Shown one piece after another: positions 17,971 through 27,262 of a DNA stretch of 53,111 bases; the first letter of the stretch is position 1, and every line of letters begins with the position of its first letter. Source of the stretch: an uncultured Acidobacteriota bacterium (GTDB lineage: Bacteria > Acidobacteriota > Thermoanaerobaculia > UBA5066 > Gp7-AA6); the NCBI GenBank assembly GCA_963764715.1, contig CAVXTP010000025.1, positions 1 to 53,111 of the forward strand, read 5' to 3'. The notes under the pieces are model-generated. The model was not told the DNA's origin and searched no databases. It was given only the letters and a program-made list of their open reading frames with translations. A program made the position numbers and the translations under genes.

Positions 17971-18866
17971 ACACGAAACGCAAAGCTGCGGCCTTCGCCG
18001 CGCTGGCCCTCTCGGCACTCGCTGCCGGCTGCGCAGCGGCCCTGATCTTCGGCCGGTTCGAAGTTCCCCTGGTCATGGCCGGATACCTCGCGTACGTCAT
18101 CTTCGGGAGGCAAGCCATGAATCTCTGGCGTATCGACGAGAAGGTCTTCGACCACGGGCGGACGCAACGGTCGGGCACGCGGGGCGGGAATGCCGCGCGG
18201 GCAGTCGCGGCCACCCTCTTCCTCTCGGCCGTGGCCGCGCCGCTCTGGGCGCAGCAGACGATCTTCAACGTGCCCTCGGCGGACGTCCTCGACAAGGGCA
18301 AGACCTACCTCGAGCTCGACGTGCTCGGAAGGCCGCAGGACCCGAACTTCGCGCTCTTCACGGCTCGCGGCGTTTACGGCTTCGGGTCCAACATCGAGGC
18401 CGGCGTCAACTTCGGCGGCTTCCTCGTCCCCGGACGCTCCGTCCCCTACGCGACGCCCAACATCAAGTGGCAGCCCTGGCACAACGACAAGCTCGCCTTC
18501 ACGACCGGCGTCTTCGGCCTCTTCTACCTGCGCGGCTCGAAGGACGGCGACCCCGCGGTGCTCGGCTACGCGGAGGCCTCGTACAAGCTTCCGACCAACA
18601 CGCGGCTGACCGCGGGAGGCTACTGGGCCTCATCCGGCTATGCGGCGTCGGACCCCCAGGCCGGCGCCCTCCTGGGCTTCGAACAGAAAATCAACGACCA
18701 CCTGAACATCATCGCCGACTGGATCAGCGGAGACAACGGAATCGGCTACTTCACGCCGGGCGTCTCGGTTCCCCTCGGGGCCTGGACGATCTATGCGGGA
18801 TACTCGATCAAGAACGGGAACTCCGATGGCAACGCGATGCTGATCGAAGGCGGATTCACCTTCTGA
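17967..18866 (+). CDS. Putative outer-membrane beta-barrel protein of the kdp operon (alternative start 18117)
   Basis: Signal-like AVAAPLWA|QQTIFNVPS, alternating aromatic strands, C-terminal GGFTF. Confidence 0.7.
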   Translation: MNTKRKAAAFAALALSALAAGCAAALIFGRFEVPLVMAGYLAYVIFGRQAMNLWRIDEKVFDHGRTQRSGTRGGNAARAVAATLFLSAVAAPLWAQQTIFNVPSADVLDKGKTYLELDVLGRPQDPNFALFTARGVYGFGSNIEAGVNFGGFLVPGRSVPYATPNIKWQPWHNDKLAFTTGVFGLFYLRGSKDGDPAVLGYAEASYKLPTNTRLTAGGYWASSGYAASDPQAGALLGFEQKINDHLNIIADWISGDNGIGYFTPGVSVPLGAWTIYAGYSIKNGNSDGNAMLIEGGFTF

Positions 18867-18876
18867 GGAGGATGCC

Positions 18877-18960
18877 GTGCCGGACCTCATTTTCCTGGCG
18901 GCGACGATCCTGCTGTTCTGGCTGTCGGTCGTCTACGTGCGCCGCTGCGACCGGATTTGA
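18877..18960 (+). CDS. 27-aa single-TM kdp accessory peptide (KdpZ/KdpG-like)
   Basis: GAGGAGG RBS, GTG start, MPDLIFLAATILLFWLSVVYVRRCDRI*. Confidence 0.75.
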   Translation: MPDLIFLAATILLFWLSVVYVRRCDRI

Positions 18961-18979
18961 AGAAAGGACGAGGACTCCG

Positions 18980-19069
18980 ATGGGATGGGAAGACGTTGTG
19001 GGGCTCGCGGTGAGCCTCGGCCTGCTCTGGTACCTGCTCTGGGCCATGGTCCGGGCCGAAAAGGTGTGA
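18980..19069 (+). CDS. kdpF: K+-transporting ATPase subunit F
   Basis: MGWEDVVGLAVSLGLLWYLLWAMVRAEKV*, matches the YL..A...EK pattern directly before kdpA. Confidence 0.88.
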   Translation: MGWEDVVGLAVSLGLLWYLLWAMVRAEKV

Positions 19070-19073
19070 CGCC

Positions 19074-20801
19074 ATGACCAACATCAACTTCGTCGAGATC
19101 CTGGTTTTCCTGGCGATCATCGTCGCCATCACGCCGGTCCTGGGTCGTTACATGGCCAGGGTGTTCTCCGGCCAGCGGACCTTCCTCGACCCGGTGCTCA
19201 AGCCCGTCGAGCGCGGCCTGTACCGCGTCTGCGGAGTCGACGCCTCGAAGGACCAGACCTGGGTCGAATGGACGATCACGATGCTGATCGTCAACGCCGC
19301 CTCGCTCGTCATCCTCTACGCGATGCAGCGGCTCCAGAAGTTTCTGCCCTTCAACCCGAACGGATTCGGCGCGGTGAGCCCGGATTCCTCCTGGAACACG
19401 GCGGTCTCCTTCACCACGAACACGAACTGGCAGGGCTACTCGGGCGAAACGACCATGTCGCACTTCACGCAGATGGCCGGCCTCGCGCTGCACAACTTCC
19501 TGTCGGCCGCCACCGGCATCGCGATCGCGGTGGCCGTGATCCGCGGGATCGCCCGCGAGAAGGCCGCGGGAATCGGCAACTTCTGGTCCGACTGCACGCG
19601 GGCGATCCTCTGGCTGCTGCTGCCCCTGTCGTTTCTCGCCGCTCTCTTCTTCGTCTCGCGCGGCGTGGTGCAGAACTTCCAGGCCGACGTGGCTGTGAAG
19701 ACGCTCGAGGGCGCCGAGCAGAAGATCCCGCAGGGCCCGATCGCCTCGCAGGAGGCGATCAAGGAGCTCGGGACCAACGGCGGCGGCTTCTTCAACGCCA
19801 ACTCGGCCCACCCCTACGAGAACCCGACGCCCGGGACCAACTTCCTGCAGGTCGTCCTGATCTTCGCGATCGGGGCGGGCCTGACCAACACGCTCGGACG
19901 GATGACGGGCTCGGTCCGCCACGGCTGGGCGGTCTTCGCGGCCATGGCCCTCCTCTTTCTCGCCGCGGTCGCGATCTGCGGAATCGCCGAACAGAAAGGC
20001 AACCCGATCCATCAGGCGGCCGGCGTCGAGGCCCGGCCGACGGCCGGCGGGACCGGCGGCAACATGGAGGGCAAAGAGGTCCGCTTCGGCATCGGGGACT
20101 CGGCGCTCTTCGCGACGGTCACGACCGCGGCCTCGTGCGGCGCCGTGAACTCCATGCACGATTCCTATACGCCGATCGGCGGCCTCGTGCCGCTCGCCAA
20201 CATCGCGACGGGCGAGGTCATCTTCGGGGGCGTCGGCGCCGGCCTCTACGGGATGTTCCTGTTCATCATCCTCTCGGTCTTCATCGCCGGTCTCATGGTC
20301 GGGCGCACCCCGGAATACCTCGGCAAGAAGGTCGAGGCGCACGAGGTCAAGCTCGCGATGCTCTCGGTGCTCATCCTCACCCTCTGCATCCTCGGATTCA
20401 GCGCGGCGGCGTCAGTGCTTCCCGCCGGCCTCTCCTCGCGGAACAACCAGGGCCCCCACGGCTTCTCCGAGATCCTCTACGCGTTCATGTCGGGCGCCGG
20501 CAACAACGGCTCGGCCTTCGCCGGACTCAACGCCAATACGCTCCTCTACAACACGACTCTCGGCCTCGACATGTTCTTCGGCCGCTTCTTCATGCTGATC
20601 CCGATTCTCGGGATCGCCGGCTCGCTCGCCGCCAAGAAGAAAGTCCCGGAGTCGGCCGGCACCTTTCCCGTGACCGGACCGATCTTCACCCTTCTTCTCG
20701 TCAGCGTGATCCTGATCGTGGGCGCCCTGACGTTTTTCCCGGCCTTTTCGCTCGGTCCCATCGTCGAGCAGCTGCTGATGAAGGCCGGGACGCTCTTTTG
20801 A
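19074..20801 (+). CDS. kdpA: K+-transporting ATPase subunit A
   Basis: [55 protein letters not shown]. Confidence 0.98.
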   Translation: MTNINFVEILVFLAIIVAITPVLGRYMARVFSGQRTFLDPVLKPVERGLYRVCGVDASKDQTWVEWTITMLIVNAASLVILYAMQRLQKFLPFNPNGFGAVSPDSSWNTAVSFTTNTNWQGYSGETTMSHFTQMAGLALHNFLSAATGIAIAVAVIRGIAREKAAGIGNFWSDCTRAILWLLLPLSFLAALFFVSRGVVQNFQADVAVKTLEGAEQKIPQGPIASQEAIKELGTNGGGFFNANSAHPYENPTPGTNFLQVVLIFAIGAGLTNTLGRMTGSVRHGWAVFAAMALLFLAAVAICGIAEQKGNPIHQAAGVEARPTAGGTGGNMEGKEVRFGIGDSALFATVTTAASCGAVNSMHDSYTPIGGLVPLANIATGEVIFGGVGAGLYGMFLFIILSVFIAGLMVGRTPEYLGKKVEAHEVKLAMLSVLILTLCILGFSAAASVLPAGLSSRNNQGPHGFSEILYAFMSGAGNNGSAFAGLNANTLLYNTTLGLDMFFGRFFMLIPILGIAGSLAAKKKVPESAGTFPVTGPIFTLLLVSVILIVGALTFFPAFSLGPIVEQLLMKAGTLF

Positions 20802-20812
20802 GGAGGACCAAC

Positions 20813-22840
20813 GTGGCCCAGCACCGTCGCACCGCGCTCTTCGACCGGGCGATCGTTCGTCCGGCGATCGTCGATTCGTTCCGCAAGCTCGACCCGCGCC
20901 TCCAGGCGCAAAACCCGGTCATGTTCGTCGTGCTCGTCGGCGCGGTCCTCGTCACCGTCCTGCTCGTGCGCGACGTCGCCCGCGGCAAGGACGTGCTCTT
21001 CAACCTCCAGATCGCCCTCTGGCTCTGGTTCACGCTCCTTTTCGCCAACTTCGCCGAGGCGATGGCCGAGGGCCGCGGCAAAGCCCAGGCGGCCGCGCTC
21101 CGACGCGGTCGGACCGAGACGATGGCCCGGAGGCAGACGAAGAAGGGCGAGGAGTCCGTCCCGGCCACGGCCCTGCGCAAGGGGGACCGCGTCATCGTCC
21201 AGGCCGGCGAGACGATCCCGGGCGACGGCACGGTGGTCGACGGCATCGCGTCCGTCGACGAGTCAGCGATCACCGGCGAGTCCGCCCCCGTCATCCGGGA
21301 GTCCGGGGGCGACCGGTCGGCCGTCACGGGCGGCACCCGGGTCCTCTCCGACCAGATCGTCGTCGAGATCACCTCGAACCCCGGCGAGACGTTTCTCGAC
21401 CGGATGATCGCGCTCGTCGAAGGGGCCTCGCGCCAGAAGACCCCCAACGAGATCGCGCTCTCGATCCTGCTCGCCGGCCTGACGATCGTCTTCCTGATCG
21501 CCACGGTGACGCTGCGCCCCTTCGCCGTCTACGCCGGCGGCGCGGCTTCGACGGCGGTGCTCATCGCGCTCCTCGTCTGCCTGATCCCCACGACCATCGG
21601 CGGCCTGCTCTCGGCCATCGGCATCGCCGGCATGGACCGCGTGCTCCAGCACAACGTCCTGGCGATGTCGGGCCGCGCGGTCGAGGCGGCCGGGGACGTC
21701 AACGTCCTCCTCCTCGACAAGACGGGCACGATCACGCTCGGCAACCGCCAGGCGACCGACTTCTACCCGGCGCCGAACGTCCTGCCGGGCGATCTCGCCG
21801 AGGCGGCGCAGCTCTCGTCGCTGTCGGATGAAACGCCCGAAGGCCGCTCGATCGTCGTCCTCGCCAAGGAGAAGTTCAGCCTGCGGGCCCGGCGGGTCGA
21901 AGGCATGCACTTCATCGCTTTTTCAGCGCAAACACGGATGTCCGGCGTGGACTTCAACGGCCGCCAGATCCGCAAGGGCGCCGGCGACTCGGTGGTCGAG
22001 TGGGTCCGCGGCCAGGGCGGCGCGATCGACCCGGTCGTCTCGGACCTCCTGAACAAGATCTCGGCCGAGGGCGCGACGCCGCTCCTCGTCGCCGATGGCC
22101 CACGCGTGCTCGGCGTCGTCGCCCTCCGGGACGTCGTGAAGGCCGGGATGAAGGACCGGTTCGACCGCCTGCGCGCGATGGGCATCCGCACGATCATGAT
22201 CACGGGCGACAACCCTTTGACCGCCGCGGCCATCGCCCGCGAGGCGGGTGTCGACGATTTCCTCGCGCAGGCCACGCCCGAACAGAAGCTCGCCCTCATC
22301 CGCAAGGAGCAGGAGGGCGGCAACCTCGTCGCGATGACGGGCGACGGCACCAACGACGCGCCGGCCCTGGCCCAGGCCGACGTCGGCGTCGCGATGAACA
22401 CCGGCACCCAGGCGGCGCGCGAGGCCGGCAACATGGTGGACCTCGACTCGAACCCGACCAAGCTGATCGAGGTGGTCGAGATCGGAAAGCAGCTCCTGAT
22501 GACCCGGGGATCGCTGACGACCTTCTCGATCGCCAACGACGTCGCCAAGTACTTCGCGATCCTGCCGGCCATGTTCGCCGCGACCTACCCGGCCCTGAAC
22601 GCCCTCAACATCATGGGACTCGGCAACCCGAAGTCGGCGATACTCTCGGCGGTCATCTTCAACGCGCTCATCATCATCGCGCTTATCCCGCTGGCGCTTC
22701 GGGGAGTGAAATACCGGCCGCTCGGCGCGGCGCGGATCCTGGCGCGCAATCTCTGGATCTACGGCGCCGGGGGCGTGATCGTGCCGTTCGTCGGGATCAA
22801 GCTCATAGACTGGATCGTCCTGGCCCTGCACCTGGCCTGA
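20813..22840 (+). CDS. kdpB: K+-transporting P-type ATPase subunit B
   Basis: GAGGAGG RBS, GTG start; [28 protein letters not shown]. Confidence 0.98.
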   Translation: MAQHRRTALFDRAIVRPAIVDSFRKLDPRLQAQNPVMFVVLVGAVLVTVLLVRDVARGKDVLFNLQIALWLWFTLLFANFAEAMAEGRGKAQAAALRRGRTETMARRQTKKGEESVPATALRKGDRVIVQAGETIPGDGTVVDGIASVDESAITGESAPVIRESGGDRSAVTGGTRVLSDQIVVEITSNPGETFLDRMIALVEGASRQKTPNEIALSILLAGLTIVFLIATVTLRPFAVYAGGAASTAVLIALLVCLIPTTIGGLLSAIGIAGMDRVLQHNVLAMSGRAVEAAGDVNVLLLDKTGTITLGNRQATDFYPAPNVLPGDLAEAAQLSSLSDETPEGRSIVVLAKEKFSLRARRVEGMHFIAFSAQTRMSGVDFNGRQIRKGAGDSVVEWVRGQGGAIDPVVSDLLNKISAEGATPLLVADGPRVLGVVALRDVVKAGMKDRFDRLRAMGIRTIMITGDNPLTAAAIAREAGVDDFLAQATPEQKLALIRKEQEGGNLVAMTGDGTNDAPALAQADVGVAMNTGTQAAREAGNMVDLDSNPTKLIEVVEIGKQLLMTRGSLTTFSIANDVAKYFAILPAMFAATYPALNALNIMGLGNPKSAILSAVIFNALIIIALIPLALRGVKYRPLGAARILARNLWIYGAGGVIVPFVGIKLIDWIVLALHLA

Positions 22841-22849
22841 GGAGACACC

Positions 22850-23431
22850 ATGAAGCTCGCCATTCGTTCGACCCTGTACGTGGTCGCCCTGACCGTCCTC
22901 CTCGGAGGCGTCTACCCGGCGGCCGTCACGGCCGTCTCGCGGCTCTTCTGGAAGGACGAGGCGAACGGGTCGTTCGTTGAGGCCGGAGGCCGGGTCGTCG
23001 GCTCGGAGCTGATCGGCCAGAACTTCCAGGGAGCGCAGTACCTGCATCCCCGTCCCTCCGGCTCCGGCAAGAACGGCTACGACGCCACGGCCTCGACCGG
23101 GAGGAACAAGGGCCCGACGGACAAGGACCTCGCGAAATGGGTCGAGGAGGCCGTCGCCGCCGCGCGGGCCGACCGTCCCGGGGACACGCGGCCGGTCCCC
23201 GCGGACCTCGTGACCGCGTCGAGCTCCGGGCTCGACCCGCACCTCTCGCCGGACGGCGCCCAGTGGCAGGCCGCCCGCATCGCGAAGGCCCGCGGCGTCG
23301 AGGAGGCCCGGGTCGCCGCGATCATCCAGAGGCACGTCGAGCCCCGCACGCTGTGGATCCTGGGCGAGCCACGGGTCAACGTCCTCCTGACGAACATCGA
23401 CCTCGACCGCGAGCTTCCGGTTCGCCCTTAG
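22850..23431 (+). CDS. kdpC: K+-transporting ATPase subunit C
   Basis: GSELIGQNF, HPRPS, PADLVTASSSGLDPHLS, GEPRVNVL. Confidence 0.97.
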   Translation: MKLAIRSTLYVVALTVLLGGVYPAAVTAVSRLFWKDEANGSFVEAGGRVVGSELIGQNFQGAQYLHPRPSGSGKNGYDATASTGRNKGPTDKDLAKWVEEAVAAARADRPGDTRPVPADLVTASSSGLDPHLSPDGAQWQAARIAKARGVEEARVAAIIQRHVEPRTLWILGEPRVNVLLTNIDLDRELPVRP

Positions 23432-23441
23432 AATCGTCTCA

Positions 23442-24581
23442 ATGCCGCAGGAGGAAAGCCGGCGCACCTCTCCGGACGTGTTCCTGCGGCTCATCGAGAA
23501 GTCGCGCCGCGGGAAGCTCAAGATCTACATCGGCCACGCGGCCGGCGTCGGCAAGACGTACCAGATGCTCGAGGACGCCCACCTTCTCAAGAAGCAGGGG
23601 GTCGACGTGGTGGTCGGTCTCGTGGAGACGCACGGCCGCGCCGAGACGGCCGAGCGGATCGGCGACCTCGAAGTCATCCCCCGCCGCGCCATCGTCTACA
23701 AGGGGAAGCGGATCGAAGAGATGGACCTGCCGGCGATCCTGCGCCGAAGGCCCGAGGTCGTCATCGTCGACGAGCTCGCTCACTCGAACGTCCCCGGAAC
23801 CGAGAACGCCAAGCGTTACCAGGACGTCGAGGACCTGCTCGAGGCCGGGACCTCGGTCATGACGGCCGTCAACATCCAGCACTTCGAGTCGCTCCAGGAC
23901 ATCGTGTCGCGCGTGACCGGGGTCGACGTCCAGGAACGGGTGCCCGACCGGATCCTCCGGCAGGCCGACACGATCGTGAACGTCGACCTGCCGTCGGCGG
24001 AGCTCCAGGAGCGCCTGCGCGCCGGCAAGATCTATCCGCCGGAGCGCATCGGGCCGGCCCTCGAGAACTTCTTCACCGAAGAGAACCTGGCTTCGCTGCG
24101 GGAGCTCGCCATGCGGCAGATCGCCGACCGGTTGGAGGCCGAGCGGCGCGGACCGCACGCGACCGCCGCGACCGAGCCGGTGGGCACCAAGGCCATGGTC
24201 GCGATGTCCTCCAATCCGGAGACCACGCGCCTCCTGTTGCGCCGCGCCTCCGCGCTCGCGGGCAAGCTCAACACCAACTGGTTTGCGGTCTACGTCCGCA
24301 CGCCCCGGGACAGCCCCCAGCGGATGTCGGCACGCGAGCACCGCCTGCTGTCCGAGAACGTGACGCTCGCCATGGAGCTCGGCGCAAAGGTCGTCTGGCT
24401 TTCGGGCGAAGACGTCGCCCGCGAGCTCCTCCGGTTCGCCCGGGAGCACGGCGTCACGCTCGCGATCTTCGGAAAATCGCGGCGCCCCGTCTGGATACGC
24501 GCCCTGCGCAAGGGCCCGATCGAGGCGTTTACCGCCTCGGGTTCAGGAATCGACGTTTACGAGATCGAGACGGAGAGCTAG
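23442..24581 (+). CDS. kdpD: KdpD N-terminal half (KdpD domain + Usp domain)
   Basis: RGKLKIYIGHAAGVGKTYQML, VETHGR, DELAHSN, KRYQDVEDLL, then a Usp domain; no TM or kinase. Confidence 0.92.
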   Translation: MPQEESRRTSPDVFLRLIEKSRRGKLKIYIGHAAGVGKTYQMLEDAHLLKKQGVDVVVGLVETHGRAETAERIGDLEVIPRRAIVYKGKRIEEMDLPAILRRRPEVVIVDELAHSNVPGTENAKRYQDVEDLLEAGTSVMTAVNIQHFESLQDIVSRVTGVDVQERVPDRILRQADTIVNVDLPSAELQERLRAGKIYPPERIGPALENFFTEENLASLRELAMRQIADRLEAERRGPHATAATEPVGTKAMVAMSSNPETTRLLLRRASALAGKLNTNWFAVYVRTPRDSPQRMSAREHRLLSENVTLAMELGAKVVWLSGEDVARELLRFAREHGVTLAIFGKSRRPVWIRALRKGPIEAFTASGSGIDVYEIETES

Positions 24582-24614
24582 GACCCACCGAGCTTGCGCC
24601 GCGCGCACGCGGTC

Positions 24615-24728
24615 GTAGGGGCGGACCTTGCGGCCGCCCTGGGCGGGGACGGTCCGACCACCAGCGGGCGGCCCGCGTCAGTAAGAGACGACGGCCGCAG
24701 GCCGTCGGCAACACAGCCCCGCCCCTAC
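24615..24728. repeat. GTAG-family REP doublet (REPIN-like), copy A
   Basis: Starts GTAGGGGCGG, ends CCGCCCCTAC; reverse complement aligns to 44458-44574. Confidence 0.8.
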
Positions 24729-25639
24729 GACGCAGGCTGCGACTGCTCGTCGAGCACCGCTCGCAGCGCGCGCGTGTGCTCCGGCGTCGTACCGCAACAG
24801 CCGCCCACGATCCTCGCCCCGAGCTCGAGCCAGCGGCGGGCGTGAGCGGCGTAGTCATCCGGCGACAGCTCCTCGGTGAAGGCCCAGCCGCGGCTCTCGT
24901 CGGGCAGCCCGAGGTTGCCGTAGGCGGAGAGCGGGATCCCCGGGGCGGCCGAGGCCAGCGCTTCGAGGTCGCCCGCGAGCCGCGCCGCCGGCACGCAGTT
25001 GATGCCGAGGGCGTCCGGCGCGAGGGGCCGGACGGCGCGAACGGCGTCGGCGATCGATTCTCCAGAGAGCAGCTTTCCCGCTCCGTCGGTCACGAACGAG
25101 AGAACGACGGGCAGACCCGTCGCCTTCGCCGCCGAGAGCGCCGTCCTCGCCTCGCGGATCGAGTTGTGCGTCTCCGCGAGGATCAGGTCGACTCCGGCCT
25201 CGGCCAGGAACCGGGCCTGCGCCGCGTGCTCGCGCGCGAGGGCCTCCTCGTCGGGGGCGAGATCGGGCCGGTAACAGTCCTCGAGGGGCGACAGCGACCC
25301 GGCGACGAAGACGTCCCGCCCGGGCACGGCCGCCGCCTGGTGAGCGAGCTGGACGGCGCGGGCGGTCAGCTCGCCCGAGCGCGCCGCGAGCCCCGCCTTG
25401 CCGAGCGTGCGCGCGTGCGTCCGGAACGTGTTGGACGTCAGGATGTCGGCGCCGGCCGCGACCTCGTCGCCGTGGATCGTCCACACGAGCTCGGGGTCCC
25501 GGATCAGCGTCTTCGCGCTCCAGAGGGGCAGGGCCGTGTCCGCGTCGCGCCGCTGCAGCTCCGTCCCCATCGCGGCGTCGAGCAGGAGGGGACGCGCGGC
25601 GGCGAGCCGCTCGCGCAAGGCCTTCGACAGGACGCCCAT
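24725..25639 (-). CDS. Homocysteine S-methyltransferase family protein
   Basis: LLDAAMGTEL, AGADIL, AGVDLILAET, GINC, IVGGCCGTTPEH. Confidence 0.92.
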   Translation of the reverse strand: MGVLSKALRERLAAARPLLLDAAMGTELQRRDADTALPLWSAKTLIRDPELVWTIHGDEVAAGADILTSNTFRTHARTLGKAGLAARSGELTARAVQLAHQAAAVPGRDVFVAGSLSPLEDCYRPDLAPDEEALAREHAAQARFLAEAGVDLILAETHNSIREARTALSAAKATGLPVVLSFVTDGAGKLLSGESIADAVRAVRPLAPDALGINCVPAARLAGDLEALASAAPGIPLSAYGNLGLPDESRGWAFTEELSPDDYAAHARRWLELGARIVGGCCGTTPEHTRALRAVLDEQSQPAS

Positions 25640-25668
25640 GTTTTACAGTCTACCCGAGCCTCGAGGCT

Positions 25669-25705
25669 AAAAAAATAAGGCCAGAGTCGCCTCTGGCCTT
25701 ATTTT
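25669..25705 (-). terminator. Rho-independent terminator of glnA (potentially bidirectional)
   Basis: AAAATAAGGCCAGAG-tcgc-CTCTGGCCTTATTTT 15-bp stem with A/T runs on both sides. Confidence 0.85.
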
Positions 25706-25720
25706 ATTCGAATCAGCGGC

Positions 25721-27094
25721 TCAATAGGTTTCGAGGTACTTCTCGGTCTCCCAGGGCTGGACGCGCGAGATGTACTCGGCCCACTCGCCGCGCTTGGCCT
25801 CCAGGAAGTGCGTGAGGATGTGCTCGCCGAGCGCGTCGGTCACGACGGGGTCCTTCTCGAGGTTGTCGCAGGCCTCGGACAGGTTCGCCGGCAGCTGGTC
25901 GATCCGCAGGCGCCGCTTCTCGCGCTCGCTCATCTTGAAGATGTTGCGGTCGACGGGCTCGCCCGGATCCATGCGGTTCTTCACGCCGTCGAGGCCCGAG
26001 GCGAGCATGGTCGCGAAAGCGAGGTACGGGTTGCAGGACGGATCCGGCATCCGGACCTCGATGCGCGTTCCCATGCCCCGGCGCGCCGGCACGCGGACGA
26101 GCGGCGAGCGGTTGCGCATGGACCAGGCCACGTTGATCGGGGCCTCGTAGCCCGGCACCAGGCGCTTGTAGGAGTTGACGAGGGGGTTCGTGATGGCGAC
26201 GAACGCCCGGGCGTGCCGGAGGATGCCGCCCGTGTAGTGCATCGCGGTCTTCGAGAGCTGGTACTTGGCCTTGGCGTCGTAGAAGACGTTGTTGCCCTTC
26301 TTGTCGAGGAAGGACTGGTGCACGTGCATGCCCGAGCCGTTGATTCCGTAGATCGGCTTCGGCATGAACGTGGCGTGCAGGCCGTGGTCCATGGCGACCT
26401 TCTTGACGATGAACCGGAAGGTCGAGACGCGGTCGGCGGTCGTGATGGCGTCGGCGTACTTGAAGTCGATCTCGTGCTGGCCGGCGGCGACCTCGTGGTG
26501 GGCGGCCTCGACCTCGAAGCCCATCTGCTCGAGGGCGAGAACGATGTCGCGCCGGGCCTCCTCGCCGCGGTCGACCGGGGTCAGGTCGAAGTAGGCGCCC
26601 TCATCGTGCGTGTCGACGATGGGATCGCCGTTGGCATCGCGGCGGAAGAGGAAGAACTCGGCTTCCGGACCCGTGACGAGCGTGTAACCGAGGGCCGAGG
26701 CCTTGTCCATCTGCTTCTTCAACGTCATGCGAGGACAGCCGGCGAAGGGGCTGCCTTCCGGGTTGTACACGTCGCAGATCAACCGGCCGACCTTCTCTCC
26801 GTTGCGGTGCGCCCACGGATAGATCGCGAACGAATCCAGGTCCGGCACCAGGTTCATGTCGGACTCTTCGATCCGCGTGAAGCCCTCGATCGAGGACCCG
26901 TCGAACTGGATCTCGCCGTCGAGCGCCTTCGCGAACTGCGAGCTCGGCAGCTCGACGTTCTTGATCACGCCGAAGATGTCGGTGAACTGCAGGCGCATGA
27001 AGCGGACGTTCTCCGCCTCGCACACCTTCAGGATCTCGGCCTTGGAAAGACCCCCGCCCGCCGCGTCGAATTTCAGGACCTTCGCTTTCGCCAT
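25721..27094 (-). CDS. glnA: Glutamine synthetase type I (GSI-alpha-like)
   Basis: FDGSSIEGF, GPEAEFF, HHEVAAGQHEI, TFMPKP..NGSGMH, NSYKRLVPGYEAP, NRSPLVRVP. Confidence 0.98.
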   Translation of the reverse strand: MAKAKVLKFDAAGGGLSKAEILKVCEAENVRFMRLQFTDIFGVIKNVELPSSQFAKALDGEIQFDGSSIEGFTRIEESDMNLVPDLDSFAIYPWAHRNGEKVGRLICDVYNPEGSPFAGCPRMTLKKQMDKASALGYTLVTGPEAEFFLFRRDANGDPIVDTHDEGAYFDLTPVDRGEEARRDIVLALEQMGFEVEAAHHEVAAGQHEIDFKYADAITTADRVSTFRFIVKKVAMDHGLHATFMPKPIYGINGSGMHVHQSFLDKKGNNVFYDAKAKYQLSKTAMHYTGGILRHARAFVAITNPLVNSYKRLVPGYEAPINVAWSMRNRSPLVRVPARRGMGTRIEVRMPDPSCNPYLAFATMLASGLDGVKNRMDPGEPVDRNIFKMSEREKRRLRIDQLPANLSEACDNLEKDPVVTDALGEHILTHFLEAKRGEWAEYISRVQPWETEKYLETY

Positions 27095-27124
27095 GCTGCC
27101 CCCTTTTTTTGACGATGGAGCAGG

Positions 27125-27152
27125 ATATTAGCCTCATTTCGCTGGAATGCAA
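27125..27152 (-). promoter_or_regulatory. Putative sigma-70 promoter of glnA
   Basis: Minus strand TTGCAT-N16-TAATAT. Confidence 0.5.
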
Positions 27153-27191
27153 CCCGAAACTCGTGAAATGACGTCCGAAATCCGCCAAAGA

Positions 27192-27209
27192 TGCACATTT
27201 CTATGTGCA
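27192..27209. promoter_or_regulatory. Palindromic operator candidate upstream of glnA
   Basis: TGCACAT-ttct-ATGTGCA. Confidence 0.5.
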
Positions 27210-27262
27210 CCGCGCAGACTCCCCGACCGGCCACCTCGGAACGATAGAATCCGGCCAACTCG

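Noticed and set aside
19268-20812. N-terminal extension of KdpB
   Set aside because: Off-frame overlap with kdpA; the real start is GTG 20813 with GAGGAGG.
27140-27170. Sigma-54 promoter for glnA
   Set aside because: TTGCA is present on the minus strand but the GG at -24 is missing.
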